DNA from: Mytilus trossulus
Taxonomy: Eukaryota
Direction: 5' to 3'
Length of the DNA stretch: 64,000 nucleotides
NCBI RefSeq assembly: GCF_036588685.1
Contig: NC_086380.1
Span: 11,222,001 to 11,286,000, forward strand
The notes beneath the pieces were generated by a model. It made no database searches, had not been told where the DNA came from, and was given only the letters and a program-made list of their open reading frames with translations. Below are positions 61,001-64,000 of the stretch, piece by piece. The translations under genes and the position numbers were made by a program. Each line of letters opens with the position of its first letter. Within the stretch, counting starts at the first letter, position 1.

Positions 61001-63082
61001 ATAAAAAACACGTTTTATGTTACAATGATTATCGCTAGTCAACACTATAATAAAAATGCATCCAATAACCGGAAATAAACATCCGACTTCATACACATTT
61101 ATAGGGATTATTCTTCGTTGAATTCTTAAATTCATAGTTTGCTGTGACCCACGAAACCCACAAAAATTGGTATACCACGAATAAAAATGAATCCACAGTA
61201 TTTGTTTCAAAAACTGCCAGTCAGCATTAATTTGATTTTCACACTTCTTGCAAAAAAGTGGTTTGCTCTAGGTTTTGTCTTTTTGAACATTTTCCAACAA
61301 AAGAATGAACAGTATCCAATTGTTTTAATTAATGAAAAGTGGCATTACAGTATACAGGTATACACCATCACGCAAACAATTACAGTAACTGTGTATTAAT
61401 TAATAAATGATATCCTACCTGAAGTATTTTACAGGCACATAGAGCATCAATATCAAAGGCAACTAAAACAAGCACTCTCTGAAAATAAAACAATAAACAT
61501 TATAAGTTTTTGAACCCTTTGAAGTTTTTATTAATAAATAAATTATTTTTTTAATAAAGGAAATATATTCTGGACACGCTTATTGTAGAGACCATTAATG
61601 TCATATGCAATATGATGCAGGGTTGACAAAGTAGTTGATCTACATGTTTCTGTCACTGTCATCATCAGGATAAAAACAATACGGTAAATTGTGCCTGAAG
61701 CAGCTGGACTGAAGTATAATATCGTGTATGCATAATTTACATCACAATGTTACCATGGCATGCATAGTGAGTATAACCAGAAAGTTAAAGAATACAACAT
61801 TTTTTGAGAATGTAGATTGATTACAGAAATACAAGTAATCATGGTAATAGTAGTTTGAGATTACTCTGGATGAGCTACTTTGTTGTTCTAAAGCCAACCG
61901 ACATCCCATGACCCATATAAATCGGGCCTCAACATGTTCATTTTTCGTAAATAATGACCGTGTAAGTCTGTAAGAGCTGTATACCCAGTAAAGGTCATCA
62001 AAAGCTTCCATTTTTTGTCATTTTTCGTATATCTTTTCATTTTTAACCTCATCTCATGCATTTTAAAAATGAAAAAATAGATAAAACATAAACAAATTGT
62101 TGTTGTCTATATGGATCCAAGGACATCAGACGGTCATTTATCCAATTTTGATATGACGTCCAATGGCTCAAGCTCTTCTGGCAAAACAGCTGTTGGACGT
62201 CAGAGCAATCTCACACTTTTTTTTATAGAGAACTTTTGTAAAGGAAAAAAACAAATTGAGATCACACTAAACACAGCACCAATGTGGACTACAATGTGTC
62301 CAAAGGATGATGTAGCAGTATGGACATCATTAAAATGTGGCTGTCACGTCCTGAGAGCCCCCAAAACATTAGTTAATGACAAGACGTTATTTTGCTTCCC
62401 AGTAAGTAGTTACTGAGTTCATGGTCATGGTGCATTTTTTTCATTGTTTTTTCTGAATTGAAAGAAAGTGTGAGTTCGTGGTCTAGTGGTTAAGACCGAT
62501 GGCTACAGTGCTGAAGGTCCCGAGTTCGATTCTCACTCGGGGTGCTAAAAATATCAGTACATTAGAAGGGTAATTTTCACCCTCTCACACACATCTCTGG
62601 TACCCAGACCGGAGTTTAAACTAGAATGGGTACGTTGGGGGCCTCGGTTGGTCAAAGTGTCCCTACTTTGACCTGGAGATCAATCTTCTGATATCTCTCT
62701 GGTTTGTCTGTTTCCACCGAGTGGCCCGGTGGTTCTCTCCGAGTACTTCGGCTTCCTCCACCACAATAACAGACTTCCCGGTGTCCTAGCACTCCCTTCG
62801 TGTTGAATTGGGTGGGGATTGTTTGTCCTTGTAAAAATAATTGTCGTATAAATATACGTTAGTGACACATCTCCATTAATCCCGTTAGGGAGTGTACATG
62901 GATGCCACTGTACCCTCGCAGCTTTCGAGGGGTTCTTCGGATATCGGAGGCATTTACCAGTACATACATATTCCCTCAGATAATGATTTTAATCTGAATT
63001 ATTGAGTTCGAATGTTTAGTGTCTTATCTACCTGATGTAAGATCTCGTCATAAAAGCCCTTTCTGAGGTCTTTTATAAACAT
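43083..63082 (-). CDS. CDC45: Cell division control protein 45 homolog, 18 exons, 564 aa
   Basis: Exons 63082-63032, 61478-61419, 59563-59471, 58129-58035, 57403-57289, 56001-55886, 55459-55411, 54155-54094, 53291-53181, 52130-51939, 51490-51392, 50600-50489, 48377-48322, 46590-46452, 45891-45808, 45590-45472, 43571-43495, 43147-43083 total 1695 nt in frame. Motifs DIDALCACKILQ, INCGA, CDSHRP, LYRHWSLFDS, RLHEFLAEMG, NFFGKAFEQAA, EDRSKFFDALISLL. Confidence 0.97.
43818..44079. mobile_element. TTAA-flanked non-autonomous element (Kolobok-like)
   Basis: ttaa-ggtggtac...gtaccacc-ttaa. Confidence 0.75.
44516..45123. mobile_element. Non-autonomous TIR element
   Basis: tagagtgtggtgctcattttcgcca ... 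tggcaaatatgggcctcccactcta, imperfect TIRs. Confidence 0.6.
46695..47187. mobile_element. Element with a terminal ~144-bp palindrome (47044-47187)
   Basis: aacagatatatcatgttat...ataacatgatatatctgtt hairpin; taattacacc...ggtgtaatta subterminal inverted repeat. Confidence 0.6.
47310..47830 (-). mobile_element. Family A retroposon-like repeat inserted in a HINE-like element
   Basis: Matches 4474-4859; flanked by tcataggga on the left and three copies of tttcataggga on the right. Confidence 0.85.
49219..50268. mobile_element. hAT-like non-autonomous transposon with 8-bp TSD
   Basis: TIRs cagggcttccaaaa / ttttggaagcctta; atacaaag at 49211-49218 and 50269-50276; subterminal gtccggctgg repeats. Confidence 0.8.
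54660..54846. mobile_element. PIF/Harbinger-like MITE, TAA TSD
   Basis: taa-gggctattccatttaaacata...tatgtttaaatggaatagccc-taa; splits an older repeat. Confidence 0.8.
59049..59241. mobile_element. MITE with gggctattcca TIRs
   Basis: gggctattccagaaaaaaatgtat...atacattttttctggaatagccc. Confidence 0.75.
60355..61200. mobile_element. Long (~845 bp) member of the ctgtggattcatt TIR family
   Basis: tactgtggattcatttattttcgtggg ... ccacgaataaaaatgaatccacagta. Confidence 0.75.
62472..62862 (+). mobile_element. tRNA-derived SINE with a V-domain-like core (V-SINE)
   Basis: A box gtggtctagtgg, B box gagttcgattc, and ggtggttctctccgagtacttcggcttcctccacc resembling the V-SINE central domain; lies in CDC45 intron 1. 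Confidence 0.7.
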
Positions 63083-63109
63083 TTTCAACAATAAAATAAT
63101 TTTTCACAT

Positions 63110-63220
63110 TTTAGATTGTGGCGGGGGTTTACACCGGAAGTAAGACAAATTGTTGTCACTTGTAACAATATCTTTCGTTGGTGGAAATTTCAATATGAAA
63201 GTAGAAATTGGCCAATCATA
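63110..63220 (-). promoter_or_regulatory. Putative CDC45 proximal promoter motifs
   Basis: E2F-like tggcggg (~63119), ETS-like accggaagt (63133) and overlapping CCAAT boxes attggccaat (~63207) just upstream of the ATG. Confidence 0.35.
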
Positions 63221-64000
63221 ACCTAGTTAAGAAAAGTATATTTTTAGCCCCAAAAGCTGAATCAGTTTAGCGTTTTTTAGGACGAGAACACACTAAGGTT
63301 TCCTAACAACATAATTCACACGGGTTATTTACTTTCGATTTATTTCCTACTGAGTCATTTTGTTGAATTTAGAATATTACACAGTTAAATACAAAGGAAA
63401 CAACAAAAAAAGACAGAAATGGTAATAAAAACAAAATAAAATACATAAGTTGATAGTTCAGAGGACAGCTGATTCATATAATTATTGATGTATAAATCTT
63501 CAAAATCGTTGAAATCATGATATAAAATTAAATAATAAATTTGTGTCAGTTATCAGAGGTGAGACAGTTTATTTACAAGTTGTCATGACAAAGTTTCAGC
63601 AATTCACATCAAGAATCAAGATAATTTAACCGCTGTAATCTATTTCAACAGAAGAAATAAGCCACCATACATGCCACACATGTACATTATGCTACAATTC
63701 TTCATATTGGGTATATAAACATGGGATGTAAACAAGTATTTAAGTTGACTTATTGATTTCCTATTAAATCAATGTCCCCAATTGATCAAGTTGATTTTCT
63801 TTAAGAACACATCAGTGATTTGTAATCATCATGCCATTGTACATGTTGTACATCACTATATGTGGTTTTTTTTTATGATTACAAATTCACTCTCTGACTA
63901 TCACTATATGGTTGAAAAACCTTTAAACATGTGGATAAAGGACAATAGTAGCACTGTGGAAATATTCCAACAATTTTTCAAACTAGCAATATACCAAAGA

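Noticed and set aside
62472-62545. Possible tRNA gene
   Set aside because: Anticodon and acceptor stems do not pair properly, and it continues into a SINE body.

Overview
AT-rich, intron-rich animal genomic DNA. The repeat landscape resembles a mytilid bivalve (Mytilus-like), which is an inference from recall. Seven spliced genes were reconstructed by hand from GT-AG junctions: a fatty-acid-binding protein (+, 585-6133); two divergently transcribed two-domain Kazal-type inhibitors (-, 6633 to ~9300; +, 11486-14231); selenoprotein H with an in-frame UGA and a type II SECIS (+, 15195-17089); the C11orf54/DUF1907 zinc hydrolase (-, 21380-33370); a MIF/DDT-family tautomerase (+, 35969-38552); and CDC45 (-, 43083-63082, 18 exons). 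Introns are packed with non-autonomous DNA transposons (some with clear TSDs), Helentron/HINE-like elements, 5'-truncated retroposon-like repeats and a tRNA-derived V-SINE. The most unusual signal is repeated tandem amplification of real splice junctions. About 58 copies of a 61-bp unit (3' splice site plus start of exon 4) lie in C11orf54 intron 3, and most decoy AGs sit in a 7-bp hairpin. About 12 copies of a 55-bp acceptor-plus-exon unit lie in MIF intron 1. Smaller junction duplications occur in CDC45, C11orf54 exon 2 and the Kazal gene. All coordinates were read by eye; no searches were run.
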